Below are positions 45,598 through 55,288 of a stretch of DNA of 64,000 nt, piece after piece (position 1 is the stretch's first letter; every line of letters begins with the position of its first letter). The position numbers and the translations under genes are program-made. The notes under the pieces are model-generated. The model made no database searches, was not told the DNA's origin, and saw only the letters and a list, made by a program, of their open reading frames with translations. Location: the NCBI GenBank assembly GCA_018238155.1, contig JABCTZ010000012.1:29254-93253 (forward strand), read 5' to 3'. This DNA is from Candidatus Heimdallarchaeota archaeon. Lineage in GTDB: Archaea; Asgardarchaeota; Heimdallarchaeia; JABLTI01.

Positions 45598-47700
45598 ATG
45601 AGCCTATTACCTGACAGAATGAAAACGGTTAAAGTTGCTGTTCCTAAAGAGTATTCACGTAACTTACACAGGTTTCTAACTTTAGAAGAAAATCTAGATA
45701 TAATAGATATTCAAAAGAAACCATTTGAAATAAATTCTTTCGAACACGGTTCTAAAATCAAAGATTTCTCTGAAACTTTTAGCAAGGTTGTAGAGACTTT
45801 TGAGATTGGTGATAAAATATCAAAGAAAAAGCTAATTTCTATTGATGATCGTGAAATTGGTGTTGTGTTAAAAGAAGTAGATAGAATTTCAAAAGAAGTT
45901 ATTGTTAAATTGAGTCAAATTGCTGATCGAATAAAACTTGCGGAACAAGAGTTAGAAAAGAATAAATCTGCCATCGAGATTGCTCAGAATTTAATTCCTT
46001 TTGGATTCAGTTTTGAAGACCTTGATGATGAGCGACCATATTTTACAATCCTCGTTGGACATATTGGAGCTAAAAGAGTTCCAAGATTCAAATGGAATTT
46101 GGATGCAATTACAGATGGAAACTACGTCTTGAAAGAATCTTCATCAGATGGAAAGAATTCTTTCATTGCAATCGGGTTTTTAGAACGATACCAAGAAGAA
46201 ATAAATCGTTTGCTTGTCGCATATGGTTTTGAAAAATCTTCCGTTCCAGAAAGAATTTCTGGAAGTCCTGATAAAGTAGTAAAAAGAAGTTCAGATAAAA
46301 TTGTTGCTCTTGAGACGAAAATTGTTGAATTGAAGGAAGAAGCAGATATTCTCATTTCGGATCATGGCGGCGAAATTCTCGGCTATTCTGAACAATTACA
46401 AATAGAGTTGAATTATCTTAAGATTTCTAATATGATTCGCGAAACTAAAAAGAAGACTTCATTCTGGGCTTGGATTCCTACCAAAAAGATCTCCAGTGTT
46501 GAGAAGGGGCTTATGAAAGCAACTGAAGACCAAGCACTAATTGAGTTTACTGAACCTGTATTTGAAGAATCAGAATTTCCAACTAAAACCTCTGTTCCTA
46601 AATTTGCCGGTATTTATGATGGACTGGTAAATGCTTATGGAACACCTGGTTACAATGAATATAATTCTGCATTATTAATCCAACTCTTCTTCCCAATAAT
46701 GTTTGGAATTATGTTTGCAGATGTTGGTCATGGTTTACTTTTCGCTCTACTAGGTGTTTATGGACTAACTCTTAAAAATAAAGAGTTAAATAAGGATAGT
46801 TTCAAGGGTGAAATTCAAGGGTATTTCAAAGGTGGAGCAATGTTAATGATAGTTTCAGGAATAGTTGCAATGTTTTTTGGAGTACTATTTGGATCCTATT
46901 TTGGAGTAACACATCATGCTGCTGCCTATGTACCAAAGCCCCTCTGGTTTAGTCCTGAAGGTCATGACTTCCATAATGGTGCAAGTCCAGTTATCTTAAT
47001 GTTAGAATTCTCTTTAGTCATTGGTATGATTCATATGACTATTGGATATGTCATGCGCTTCATTAATAACATAAAACACAAGCACTTCTTAGAAGCATTT
47101 GGTATTACATTTATGTGGACAATATTCCATTGGAGCTTATTCATTCTAGTCTTTACTTTTGGAACAAACTTTATGACTTGGTTTGATCCGAGCAATTCAG
47201 GAACTTTTGATCTTGCATTATTTTCAATAGGAGGAGAAGCGATTCAATTCTTCACTATTCCAAGCGCTTTGCTGTTCTTTGTTCTGACATTTGTATTGCC
47301 AATAGTAATAATGTCTATTTCATTAATTATTCATGGAATGAAACATGGATCAGTTTTAGATGGTATAGCAGAGCTTATCGAAATGTTACTTTCAACATTA
47401 TCTAATACAGTTAGTTATGCTCGAATATTTGCTATGAATGCGGTACATGGGGCACTCTCTCATATCTTTACTCTTAAGGATTTCACAGGAGGAGAGAGTA
47501 TGGGCTTTGTTAATTACATAGGTGTAGCTATTGGTGCTCTTGTAATATTAGCTCTTGAAGGATTATTCTCATTCATTCAAACCTTGCGTTTGCAATGGGT
47601 AGAATTCTTTTCAAAATTAGGTTACAAAGGAACTGGAACCCTATTCCAATCCATGGCTATTCCACGGAAATATTCCAAATTTGCTAAACTCAAATATTAA
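45598..47700 (+). CDS. atpI: A/V-type ATP synthase subunit I (a)
   Basis: YGTPGYNEYN, FPIMFGIMFADVGHG, SNTVSYARIFA, IQTLRLQWVEFFSK. Confidence 0.95.
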   Translation: MSLLPDRMKTVKVAVPKEYSRNLHRFLTLEENLDIIDIQKKPFEINSFEHGSKIKDFSETFSKVVETFEIGDKISKKKLISIDDREIGVVLKEVDRISKEVIVKLSQIADRIKLAEQELEKNKSAIEIAQNLIPFGFSFEDLDDERPYFTILVGHIGAKRVPRFKWNLDAITDGNYVLKESSSDGKNSFIAIGFLERYQEEINRLLVAYGFEKSSVPERISGSPDKVVKRSSDKIVALETKIVELKEEADILISDHGGEILGYSEQLQIELNYLKISNMIRETKKKTSFWAWIPTKKISSVEKGLMKATEDQALIEFTEPVFEESEFPTKTSVPKFAGIYDGLVNAYGTPGYNEYNSALLIQLFFPIMFGIMFADVGHGLLFALLGVYGLTLKNKELNKDSFKGEIQGYFKGGAMLMIVSGIVAMFFGVLFGSYFGVTHHAAAYVPKPLWFSPEGHDFHNGASPVILMLEFSLVIGMIHMTIGYVMRFINNIKHKHFLEAFGITFMWTIFHWSLFILVFTFGTNFMTWFDPSNSGTFDLALFSIGGEAIQFFTIPSALLFFVLTFVLPIVIMSISLIIHGMKHGSVLDGIAELIEMLLSTLSNTVSYARIFAMNAVHGALSHIFTLKDFTGGESMGFVNYIGVAIGALVILALEGLFSFIQTLRLQWVEFFSKLGYKGTGTLFQSMAIPRKYSKFAKLKY

Positions 47701-47701
47701 A

Positions 47702-47750
47702 CAATCTGCTTTGAGCAGATTGCTCCAATCTTTTTTATTAAATTTTTTAA
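47702..47750 (+). terminator. Hairpin plus U-tract after atpI
   Basis: CAATCTGCT-TTG-AGCAGATTG perfect 9-bp stem followed by TTTTTTATT. Confidence 0.6.
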
Positions 47751-47851
47751 TACAAAGCATTAGTATGCATTTCGAAAGCGCATAAATATTAGATTTCTAC
47801 AGAAGTGTTGGATTTCCTCTTTTCTTACAAATGAATAAATAAGTTTAGATC

Positions 47852-48148
47852 TTAAAAAGTAAATTCAAATTCTTCTTCTTTTGGTTCTGGTTTGGTTCGT
47901 TTGGATGCATTTGCAATAATCTCTGGATGTTGATTTTTGATATGTTCGCGCCAATTCTTAACCCAAAGACCGCAATAACAGCACATATACTTTTCTTCTT
48001 TTGCTTCTTTCTTTACAATATATTCAATATATTTCGGATGTCTCCTTTTCATATGCTCCTCAGGATTCTCTATAATACTTTGGCAAATCTTGCAAATTTT
48101 GAGACCATCTTTTCTTCTAACAATAAAATCATTTATATTTTTGACCAC
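47852..48148 (-). CDS. Small protein with two C2H2-type zinc fingers
   Basis: CKIC-x9-HMKRRH and CCYC-x9-HIKNQH; C-terminus EEEFEFTF. Confidence 0.75.
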   Translation of the reverse strand: MVKNINDFIVRRKDGLKICKICQSIIENPEEHMKRRHPKYIEYIVKKEAKEEKYMCCYCGLWVKNWREHIKNQHPEIIANASKRTKPEPKEEEFEFTF

Positions 48149-48369
48149 TCAAGTGCCCCCATCTTGGGAATGATATAGCTAGCAGCTATTCATTTCTTTA
48201 GTTCAATTGATTGTTTATTACTTCAAATCATATTATTTGAACATTTCCCTTCAAAATACTTTTTCGAACAAATTTTAATTAGGAAAGTGAATAACAGTCT
48301 TATAAATGGGCTTTTTATCCAATAATTGTCCTCTTTCAAAAAGAAATTCTAAACCAATTAGAAAGAGAC

Positions 48370-48390
48370 GCAATGTTTTTAAATAGTATT
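48370..48390 (+). promoter_or_regulatory. Probable TATA box of the ribosomal protein operon
   Basis: TTTTTAAATA at ~48376-48385, about 25 nt before the structured leader begins. Confidence 0.5.
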
Positions 48391-48408
48391 TTTGTGTTCT
48401 AGTTTCAC

Positions 48409-48590
48409 TGCAACGCTGAATTTCTTTAAGCGTTCGCATATTTGGGCTCCGACCTTGCGTTGATTCGCAGAAGGGGAGTCGCGCCTCATGGAGGTTCCAA
48501 GAATAATCTATTATTATTTATTGGATTAAAGGACAAACGTGAGTGAAATTCACTCAAACATAAACGGAAAAAAAACCTGTCTTTCCGACA
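48409..48590 (+). ncRNA. Putative structured 5' leader (r-leader) of the uL22 operon
   Basis: GC-enriched stems in AT-rich context: AACGCT/AGCGTT; GGCTCC..CCTTGCG/CGCA..AAGG..GGAGTC; GCCTC/GAGGT; TTGG/CCAA; GAGTGA/TCACTC; CGGAAA/TTTCCG. Confidence 0.5.
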
Positions 48591-48628
48591 TGTTAATCTA
48601 AAATAAAGCAATTACGAGGAAAAGCAAT

Positions 48629-49090
48629 ATGCCACAATATGGATACTCGATTTTCGGACTTGATCCGGATCGTACTGCCATTGCTAGTGCACGAGAATTA
48701 GACATTAGCCCAAAGGCTGCTAGAGAGATTTGCAATACCATTAAGGGTATGTTTCTTGATAAGGCAAAGGAATACCTTGAAGATGTCATGGATATGAAAA
48801 AGGCTGTTCCTTACAAACGCCACAAAAAACATGTAGCACATCGAAAGGAATTAAGTAAGTGGCCTTCAGGTCGCTATCCTATCAAAGCAGCTAGAAAGAT
48901 CTTAGAAGTTCTTGAAAATGCAGAAAATAATGCAGAATTCAAAGGTCTTGATGTTGAACGAATGAAGATTATTCATGCAAGCTCATACAATGCGATGATT
49001 TTGAAACGCTATATACCAAGAGCTCATGGTTCATCTTCTCCTAGATTTAATCATTTATCACATATTGAATTAGCCATCGAAGAGGTCTAA
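48629..49090 (+). CDS. rpl22: Ribosomal protein uL22
   Basis: ISPKAAREIC, GRYPIKAA, NAENNAE.KGLD, PRAHG, HIEL. Confidence 0.97.
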   Translation: MPQYGYSIFGLDPDRTAIASARELDISPKAAREICNTIKGMFLDKAKEYLEDVMDMKKAVPYKRHKKHVAHRKELSKWPSGRYPIKAARKILEVLENAENNAEFKGLDVERMKIIHASSYNAMILKRYIPRAHGSSSPRFNHLSHIELAIEEV

Positions 49091-49092
49091 AA

Positions 49093-50106
49093 TTGTCAGC
49101 AATTACTCATTTCATTAAAAAGGGTGTCCGTCAATCACAGATTGATGAATATTTAGGTAGTGAGCTCGCCCGTGCAGGATACGGTGGTGTTGAAATAGCG
49201 AAAACACCTTTAGGAGAGCGTATTACCATACATGCTGCAAGACCAGGTATTGTTATCGGTCGAAGAGGTAAGAACATCAGAATGATTACTGATGAATTAG
49301 TTATCCGATTTGGACTTGAGAACCCTCAAATTGAAGTTAAAGAAGTTTCAAATCCTGAACTTAACTCTAAAGTTATGGCTTATTCTCTTGTTTCTGCTAT
49401 TGAACGTGGAGTTCACAGAAGAAGAGCAGCTTATTCTGTTCTTAGAAGAGTAGTAAACGCTGGAGCAAAAGGATGCGAAATTCTCATTTCTGGTAAACTT
49501 ACTAGCAAAAGGTCTCGTCATGAAGCATATCGAATGGGTCTTGTTGCTAAAAGTGGTGAACTCGGTTCTACTTTCGTTATGAGAGCAAATGCAACTGCTG
49601 TAATGAAATTGGGAACTATTGGTGTTACAGTTAATATCATGAGAGGAGATGTTCAATTACCTGATGAAATCAGCATTTTAGCTGTTAAATTCGAAGATGG
49701 TAAAATTGTAGAAGAAATCTCTCCAGAATCTGTTGAAGTTTCACACAAAGAAGGTCCAAAGAAGAAAGAAACCAAGGAAGCTGTTTCCCCTAAAAAGAAA
49801 GAAACACCTGCAAAGAAAGACGAAGCTCCTAAGAAGAAAGAGACAAAAGCAGCTCCTAAGAAGAAAACAGACCTTGATCGAGAAGTTGAAGAGCTTTCTG
49901 ATTTAATTGAAAAGTCTCCTGGTAAAGAAGCTAAACCAAAGAAAACAGAGAAGAAATCAGTAGACAAGAAACCAAAAGCCAAGGTTGCCAAGAAAGACGA
50001 AGCTAAACCAAAGGCAAAAACTTCTAAGAAGGACGAAGCTAAAGCTTCTAAAAAAGCTGATAAGGATAAAAAATCCAAATCAAAAAAGGAAGCTAAGAAA
50101 AAATAG
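49093..50106 (+). CDS. rps3: Ribosomal protein uS3 with long K/E/A/P-rich C-terminal tail
   Basis: LARAGYGG, RPGIVIGRRG, GAKGCEILISGKL; TTG start after GAGGT. Confidence 0.96.
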   Translation: MSAITHFIKKGVRQSQIDEYLGSELARAGYGGVEIAKTPLGERITIHAARPGIVIGRRGKNIRMITDELVIRFGLENPQIEVKEVSNPELNSKVMAYSLVSAIERGVHRRRAAYSVLRRVVNAGAKGCEILISGKLTSKRSRHEAYRMGLVAKSGELGSTFVMRANATAVMKLGTIGVTVNIMRGDVQLPDEISILAVKFEDGKIVEEISPESVEVSHKEGPKKKETKEAVSPKKKETPAKKDEAPKKKETKAAPKKKTDLDREVEELSDLIEKSPGKEAKPKKTEKKSVDKKPKAKVAKKDEAKPKAKTSKKDEAKASKKADKDKKSKSKKEAKKK

Positions 50107-50120
50107 GAGATGAATGAAAA

Positions 50121-50339
50121 ATGGCACTTCTAAAAATGCGCGAAATACGTTATATGACTGCTGAACAAAGAAAAAACCAGTTAAAAAATCTCCATAAAGA
50201 ACATGCCCTCTTGCGTGCAAGTAAGGCGACAGGTGGCTCTTTAGAGAAACCAAGTAAAGTTAAAGAAGTCAAGAAAACTATCGCAAGAATCTTGACTGTT
50301 ATGACCGAGAATGGTGAGCTTGAGCCCACTAACAGCTAA
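50121..50339 (+). CDS. rpl29: Ribosomal protein uL29
   Basis: EIRYM, GGSLEKP, KKTIARILT; conserved operon position. Confidence 0.93.
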   Translation: MALLKMREIRYMTAEQRKNQLKNLHKEHALLRASKATGGSLEKPSKVKEVKKTIARILTVMTENGELEPTNS

Positions 50340-50631
50340 AAATATCCACAGACACGAGTTGATTGGTTTGAATATTGAAATAATAAAATCCACTGACAAT
50401 CAAATAATCGGCCTCCAAGGTTGTATTATTGATGAATCAAAGCAAATGTTGGTAATAAATACTATTAATTCAAAGTCAAACACATCTGCATCTCGTCGAC
50501 TCTCAATTGAAAAGAAGAAGAATTCATTTCGATTCCAATTACCAAACAAAGAATTCGTGGATGTAGATGGTAGCTTACTAAACTCTAGAAGCGAAAATAG
50601 AATAAAAAATATAATCCGTAAAAGGTGGTAA
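50311..50631 (+). CDS. rnp1: Ribonuclease P protein component 1 (Rpp29/Pop4)
   Basis: HELIGL, G.IIDESK, VDGSLL..RSENRIK; conserved position between uL29 and uS17. Confidence 0.92.
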   Translation: MVSLSPLTAKNIHRHELIGLNIEIIKSTDNQIIGLQGCIIDESKQMLVINTINSKSNTSASRRLSIEKKKNSFRFQLPNKEFVDVDGSLLNSRSENRIKNIIRKRW

Positions 50632-50635
50632 AAAA

Positions 50636-50980
50636 ATGTCCAGATATATTGGCGTTGATGTTTCAGAACCTGAAAATGTTTGTACTGATATAAACTGTCC
50701 TTTCCATGGCACTTTACGTGTTAGAGGTAGGATCATAAATGGAATTGTCATTAGCCATAAAATGCAAAAAGCATGTGTTGTTCGTAGAGACTTTCTTTTT
50801 TACATAAAGAAATTCAAACGATATGAACGTAGACATGGTACTTACAGTTCTCATAATCCTCCATGTATCGATGCCCGAGAAGGAGACAAAGTAACTATAA
50901 TGGAATGTCGTCCTCTCAGTAAAACAGTTTCCTATGTAGTAATTGCAAAGGAAAAACCCGTGGAGGGTATAGAATCATAG
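50636..50980 (+). CDS. rps17: Ribosomal protein uS17
   Basis: CTDINCPFHG, KRYERR, ECRPLSKT. Confidence 0.96.
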   Translation: MSRYIGVDVSEPENVCTDINCPFHGTLRVRGRIINGIVISHKMQKACVVRRDFLFYIKKFKRYERRHGTYSSHNPPCIDAREGDKVTIMECRPLSKTVSYVVIAKEKPVEGIES

Positions 50981-51003
50981 AATACTGAGGAGAATACAAG
51001 AAG

Positions 51004-51420
51004 ATGTCGAGAAGAAAAGTAACAGGAATATCTCTCCCAAAACTTAGTAAAGGTGTTACAGTAGGCACACGTTTAGTTTGTGCTGATAATACTGGTGCAA
51101 AAGTCATCATGATTATCGCTGTGAAAGGATTCAAAGGTCGTTTAAATCGGTATCCTTCAGCATCTGTAGGAGACATGGTTATTGTAACAGTTAAGAAAGG
51201 TACACCTCAAATGAGGCGACAAGTTCTCCCGGCAATAGTTATCCGTCAGAGAAAATTGTACCGTAGACCAAATGGACTCTGGGTTCAGTTTGAAGATAAC
51301 GCTGCAGTAATTGCAAGCCCTGAAGGTAGCCCAAGAGGAAGTGAAATTCGTGGGCCAGTAGCAAAAGAAGCTGCTGAACGATGGCCAAGAGTTGCCCACG
51401 CTGCTAGTACTATTGTGTAA
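51004..51420 (+). CDS. rpl14: Ribosomal protein uL14
   Basis: [33 protein letters not shown]. Confidence 0.97.
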   Translation: MSRRKVTGISLPKLSKGVTVGTRLVCADNTGAKVIMIIAVKGFKGRLNRYPSASVGDMVIVTVKKGTPQMRRQVLPAIVIRQRKLYRRPNGLWVQFEDNAAVIASPEGSPRGSEIRGPVAKEAAERWPRVAHAASTIV

Positions 51421-51455
51421 GTTAACACTATGGTAAACTAAGGAGAAGAAACAAA

Positions 51456-51878
51456 ATGAAGAAAAATGCAAAACTAACAAAACAACCTTCCAAGCAAAGA
51501 AAAAGGCTCTATAATGCACCTTTGCATAAAAAAAGGAAAACGTTAACAGCTTCTCTCTCTCCAACACTTGCAGAAAAAGAAGGCGTGAAAAACTTGGTTA
51601 TCAGAAAAGGTGATTCTGTGAGAATTAGAAGAGGATCCTTCAGAGGTATCGAAGGCGAAGTTTCTAATGTTGACCTCAAAAATATGAGGCTTACAATAGA
51701 AGGTGTCACATTCGAGAAAGCTGATGGTTCAGCTCAACATTTCCCAGTTCGTGCTTGTAATTGCGAAATCATAAATCTGAAAAACATGAAAGACAAACGC
51801 CGAAAAGCAACTGTTGAACGAAGATTCTCTTCATTAGATGAAGATGTTGAAGAGACAAAAGAAGAGGAAACGAATTAA
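51456..51878 (+). CDS. rpl24: Ribosomal protein uL24
   Basis: QPSKQRKRLYNAPLH, IRKGDSVRIRRG. Confidence 0.96.
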   Translation: MKKNAKLTKQPSKQRKRLYNAPLHKKRKTLTASLSPTLAEKEGVKNLVIRKGDSVRIRRGSFRGIEGEVSNVDLKNMRLTIEGVTFEKADGSAQHFPVRACNCEIINLKNMKDKRRKATVERRFSSLDEDVEETKEEETN

Positions 51879-51895
51879 GAGGAAAGTGAAAAAAA

Positions 51896-52651
51896 ATGAC
51901 TAAATCAGGTGGCTCAAAGCATCAAAAAAGAATTTCATCCCCAAAAAACTGGGCAATACGCAGAAAGGCACACAAATTCGCTTTCCGTGCAGATCCAGGA
52001 CCACATGGTCGTAATAACTGTTTACCATTAGGTATCCTTTTACGAGATATTCTTCACATAGCAGAAACTGCTCGAGAATTGAAGATTATCGTAAATAAAA
52101 GGCTAGTAACAATAGATGGTAATGTAGTTACGAATCTAAAACACCCTGTCGGTCTGATGGACGTAATTCAAATTGATGAATTAAACAAAGCATATCGTAT
52201 CCTTCCAAATGAGTTACACGTATTGATGCCATACGAAATGAAGAAAATGACTTCAATTACTAAACTCTGTAAAATTTTGAATAAAACCACTGTTAAAGGT
52301 GGCATTACTCAATTAAATCTCCATGATGGGCGAAACATTCTCTTACCAAAGGAAGCTGGGATCGAACAAAAATATAATACAAAAGATTCTATTGAATTAA
52401 AACTTCCCTCTCAAGAGATAGCTACTCACTTCCCATTCAAAGATGGAATGTATGCGATTATAACTGCTGGAAAAAACGTCGGCAAACATGGATCAATCAA
52501 AGAAATCCAATGGCGTTTTGGTCCAAGAGCATCAACAGTGACTTTAGTATCACCAAAAGATGGTACAGAGGTTCAAACCACACCCGAATATATCTTCATC
52601 ATAGGTGAAAAATCACCTTGGCTTCAAGTAAAAGGAGACGATAATAAATGA
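51896..52651 (+). CDS. rps4e: Ribosomal protein eS4
   Basis: HQKRISSP..W, PGPH, PVGLMDVI, QLNLHDGRNI. Confidence 0.96.
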   Translation: MTKSGGSKHQKRISSPKNWAIRRKAHKFAFRADPGPHGRNNCLPLGILLRDILHIAETARELKIIVNKRLVTIDGNVVTNLKHPVGLMDVIQIDELNKAYRILPNELHVLMPYEMKKMTSITKLCKILNKTTVKGGITQLNLHDGRNILLPKEAGIEQKYNTKDSIELKLPSQEIATHFPFKDGMYAIITAGKNVGKHGSIKEIQWRFGPRASTVTLVSPKDGTEVQTTPEYIFIIGEKSPWLQVKGDDNK

Positions 52652-53196
52652 CACTAACTAAAGAAGATTATTTGAAGGATTGGCAAGAAAACAAAATGCG
52701 CAAACCAAAAATTGCTTCCTTAACTCTGCACTGTTGTGTTGGAGCTTCTGGTGAAGCCCTAGAAAGAGTGAAGAAAATCATCGAATCCATTGCTGGAATG
52801 AAAACAGCCGAAACTCGTGCTAAACGATCTTTTAGAGAATTTGGAATACGAGAAGGTGAGCCAATTGGTGCAATAGTTACAATACGTGACGAAGCAAGCA
52901 TCAAGAAACTTGTTGAGCGGCTTTTCTACCCTCGAGATAACAAAATTCCCTCAAGAAACTTTGATAGAGAAGGTAATTTTGGCTTTGGAATTAAAGAACA
53001 CATTGATATCCCAGGTACTAGGTATGACCCTAACCTTGGAGTAACAGGCTTGGATGTATGTCTAAAAATAGAACGCCCAGGTTTTCGTGTGAAACGAAGA
53101 TTCCGCTCACCAACCAAGATTCCTATGAGACATAGGATTTCTCATGAAGAAGCGATTGTTTTCGCTGAAACAGAATTAGGATTATCTGTAGAGTAG
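52648..53196 (+). CDS. rpl5: Ribosomal protein uL5
   Basis: FGIREGEPIG, GNFGFGIKEHID, YDPNLG, RPGFRV. Confidence 0.97.
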   Translation: MTLTKEDYLKDWQENKMRKPKIASLTLHCCVGASGEALERVKKIIESIAGMKTAETRAKRSFREFGIREGEPIGAIVTIRDEASIKKLVERLFYPRDNKIPSRNFDREGNFGFGIKEHIDIPGTRYDPNLGVTGLDVCLKIERPGFRVKRRFRSPTKIPMRHRISHEEAIVFAETELGLSVE

Positions 53197-53207
53197 GTGA
53201 AAAGTGA

Positions 53208-53390
53208 ATGGCAAAAGGATCTGGTTCAAAACCAAAAGAAATCAAATTTGGCAAAGGCTCTCGAAAATGTACACGCTGTGGAGCTCGAGAAGGTTTGATA
53301 CGAAGGCATGGACTTAACTTATGCAGAAGATGCTTCCGTGAGGTTGCAAAAACTGTCGGGTTCAAAAGATACGGAGGACACGGAGGATAA
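53208..53390 (+). CDS. rps14: Ribosomal protein uS14 (zinc-binding)
   Basis: [12 protein letters not shown]...LCRRCFRE.A...GF. Confidence 0.96.
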   Translation: MAKGSGSKPKEIKFGKGSRKCTRCGAREGLIRRHGLNLCRRCFREVAKTVGFKRYGGHGG

Positions 53391-53423
53391 CTCCCAAGTC
53401 AGAATAAGTAGGTGATTAAAACT

Positions 53424-53816
53424 ATGCCATTATTAGATACATTAGCAAATGCAATGAATAATATCTGGAATGCTGAAAAGCTAGGAAAACGTGAAGTTTA
53501 CCTGAAACCTGCTTCAAAACTTATCTCTTCCGTAGTTAAAGTGATGATGGCCCAAGGTTACATCGGTGAGTTTGAATTCATTGATGATGACCGAGCAGGA
53601 ATATTCAAAGTACAATTACTTGGAAGAATAAACAAATGTCAGGTTATTAAACCACGATTTCCTGTGAAGCACAAAGAATTCGAATCCTGGGAAGAAAAAT
53701 TCCTTCCTGCAAGGGATATGGGAATTCTAATTGTCTCTACACCAAAGGGTGTTATGAGTCACGAAGATGCGAAAGCATTGGGTATAGGAGGAAGACTCCT
53801 AGCCTATATTTACTAA
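53424..53816 (+). CDS. rps8: Ribosomal protein uS8
   Basis: [38 protein letters not shown]. Confidence 0.97.
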   Translation: MPLLDTLANAMNNIWNAEKLGKREVYLKPASKLISSVVKVMMAQGYIGEFEFIDDDRAGIFKVQLLGRINKCQVIKPRFPVKHKEFESWEEKFLPARDMGILIVSTPKGVMSHEDAKALGIGGRLLAYIY

Positions 53817-53833
53817 AAGGATGCGATAATAAA

Positions 53834-54391
53834 ATGCCTAAAGCTGTCTTTGTAGAAAAAGCTGTAGAAGCACCGGAAGGAGTTAAGCTAGAGCTTAAGG
53901 GCATGAAGGTAACTGTAACAGGTCCAAAAGGAATGTTAGACCGAAACTTTAACGGTGAACCTGTTGATATGTCCTTAGCAAAGAACAAAATAAATTTGTC
54001 TGTAGCCTTTCCACGCAAAAGAGAATTAGCAATGCTGGGAACAATCCAAGCGCATGTGAATAACATGATTGTTGGTGTTACTCAAGGGTACACCTACAAG
54101 CTAACAATTGTCTATTCTCACTTTCCTATCACAGTAGATGTGAAGCCTGAAGAAGTGGTTATCAAGAATCTTTATGGTCAAAGAAACCCACGAAAAGCAA
54201 GGATTCTCGGTGAAACTAAGGTTAAAGTAGAGGGTGATGAGTTGATCATCACTGGAATAAATAAGGAACATGTTGGCCAAACTTCTGCTAACATCCAAGA
54301 AATCTGTAAACTGAGAGGAAAATTACACAAGGATCCTCGTAGATTTATGGATGGTATTTGGTTGTCAGCACAATATGTTGGCATTGACTAG
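53834..54391 (+). CDS. rpl6: Ribosomal protein uL6
   Basis: VTGPKG, NMIVGVT, YSHFP, VGQTSANI, KDPRRFMDGI. Confidence 0.97.
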   Translation: MPKAVFVEKAVEAPEGVKLELKGMKVTVTGPKGMLDRNFNGEPVDMSLAKNKINLSVAFPRKRELAMLGTIQAHVNNMIVGVTQGYTYKLTIVYSHFPITVDVKPEEVVIKNLYGQRNPRKARILGETKVKVEGDELIITGINKEHVGQTSANIQEICKLRGKLHKDPRRFMDGIWLSAQYVGID

Positions 54392-54403
54392 GAGTGAACC
54401 ATC

Positions 54404-55270
54404 ATGACTGTTGATAAACGATTACTCCGTGAAAGAGCCAAAATACGAAAGAAACGTCCTAAATTTAGACGCCAAGAAAGTTGGCGATACAAACGACTAA
54501 GAACCGGTTGGAGACGACCTGTCGGTATCGACAACACTATGAGACATCATAAAAGAGGTTGGCCAAAAATAGTTAGGATAGGATTTAGAGGTCCTAAATC
54601 AATTAGAGGATTAACTTCAAATGGTAAAGTTGAAGTTCTTGTTCACAATGTTAAGGAAATTGAACAAATCGATGTAGATGTTCAAATAGCTCGCATTGCT
54701 TCCGCTGTTGGAATCAAAAAGAAAGTTGATATGACTAACAGAGCTGATGAATTAAACGTAAAGATCATCAATAGACCTGAAGAAGCATTAACATTTGCTA
54801 CTATATCCGAAATCTCAGAAGAGCTATTGCTAGAAGACGATGTTCTTGACAAGAAGAAGAAATCATCTCGACCTCGTAAGAAGAAATCATCTTCAAGTGG
54901 ATTAACTGCTAAAGAAATTGCAGAATTGGATCAAATTGAATCACAATTAGCTGGAAAAGAAAAGAAATCTACCAAGAAACCTACTAAGAAATCTACAACT
55001 AAAACCAAAGCTAAACCTACTGCTGCAAAGAAAACCGCTTCTGTTAAGAAGACTACGGTAAAACCAAAAGCTACAAAGTCAAAGAAAACCACAACTGCAA
55101 AACCAAAGACCACAACAGCTAAGAAACCCACTGCTGCAAAGAAGACTACAGCAAAATCAAAAGTATCTATCACTGCTAAGAAGACCACTTCAACAACGAA
55201 GAAGAAAACAGCTACTAGTAAAAAGGCTGCTGACACAAAGAAAAAAGCTGCCTCTAGCAAGAAAAATTAG
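54404..55270 (+). CDS. rpl32e: Ribosomal protein eL32 with long histone-H1-like K/T/A tail
   Basis: PKFRRQESWRY, WRRPVGID, GFRGP, LVHNV; ~160 extra C-terminal residues. Confidence 0.95.
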   Translation: MTVDKRLLRERAKIRKKRPKFRRQESWRYKRLRTGWRRPVGIDNTMRHHKRGWPKIVRIGFRGPKSIRGLTSNGKVEVLVHNVKEIEQIDVDVQIARIASAVGIKKKVDMTNRADELNVKIINRPEEALTFATISEISEELLLEDDVLDKKKKSSRPRKKKSSSSGLTAKEIAELDQIESQLAGKEKKSTKKPTKKSTTKTKAKPTAAKKTASVKKTTVKPKATKSKKTTTAKPKTTTAKKPTAAKKTTAKSKVSITAKKTTSTTKKKTATSKKAADTKKKAASSKKN

Positions 55271-55288
55271 TAATGAGGAGTAAAAAAC

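Noticed and set aside
48409-48500. GC-rich structured segment considered as tRNA, 5S/SRP RNA, C/D sRNA or SECIS
   Set aside because: No cloverleaf or TTC-GA T-loop, no box C (RTGATGA), and no selenoprotein candidate nearby; kept only as a putative leader.
54931-55260. Hydrophobic minus-strand ORFs opposite the r-protein tails (also 49653-50078 and 56373-56852) that look like membrane proteins
   Set aside because: Reverse complement of Lys/Thr/Ala codons gives Phe/Val/Leu runs; these are shadows of the eL32, uS3 and uL18 tails.
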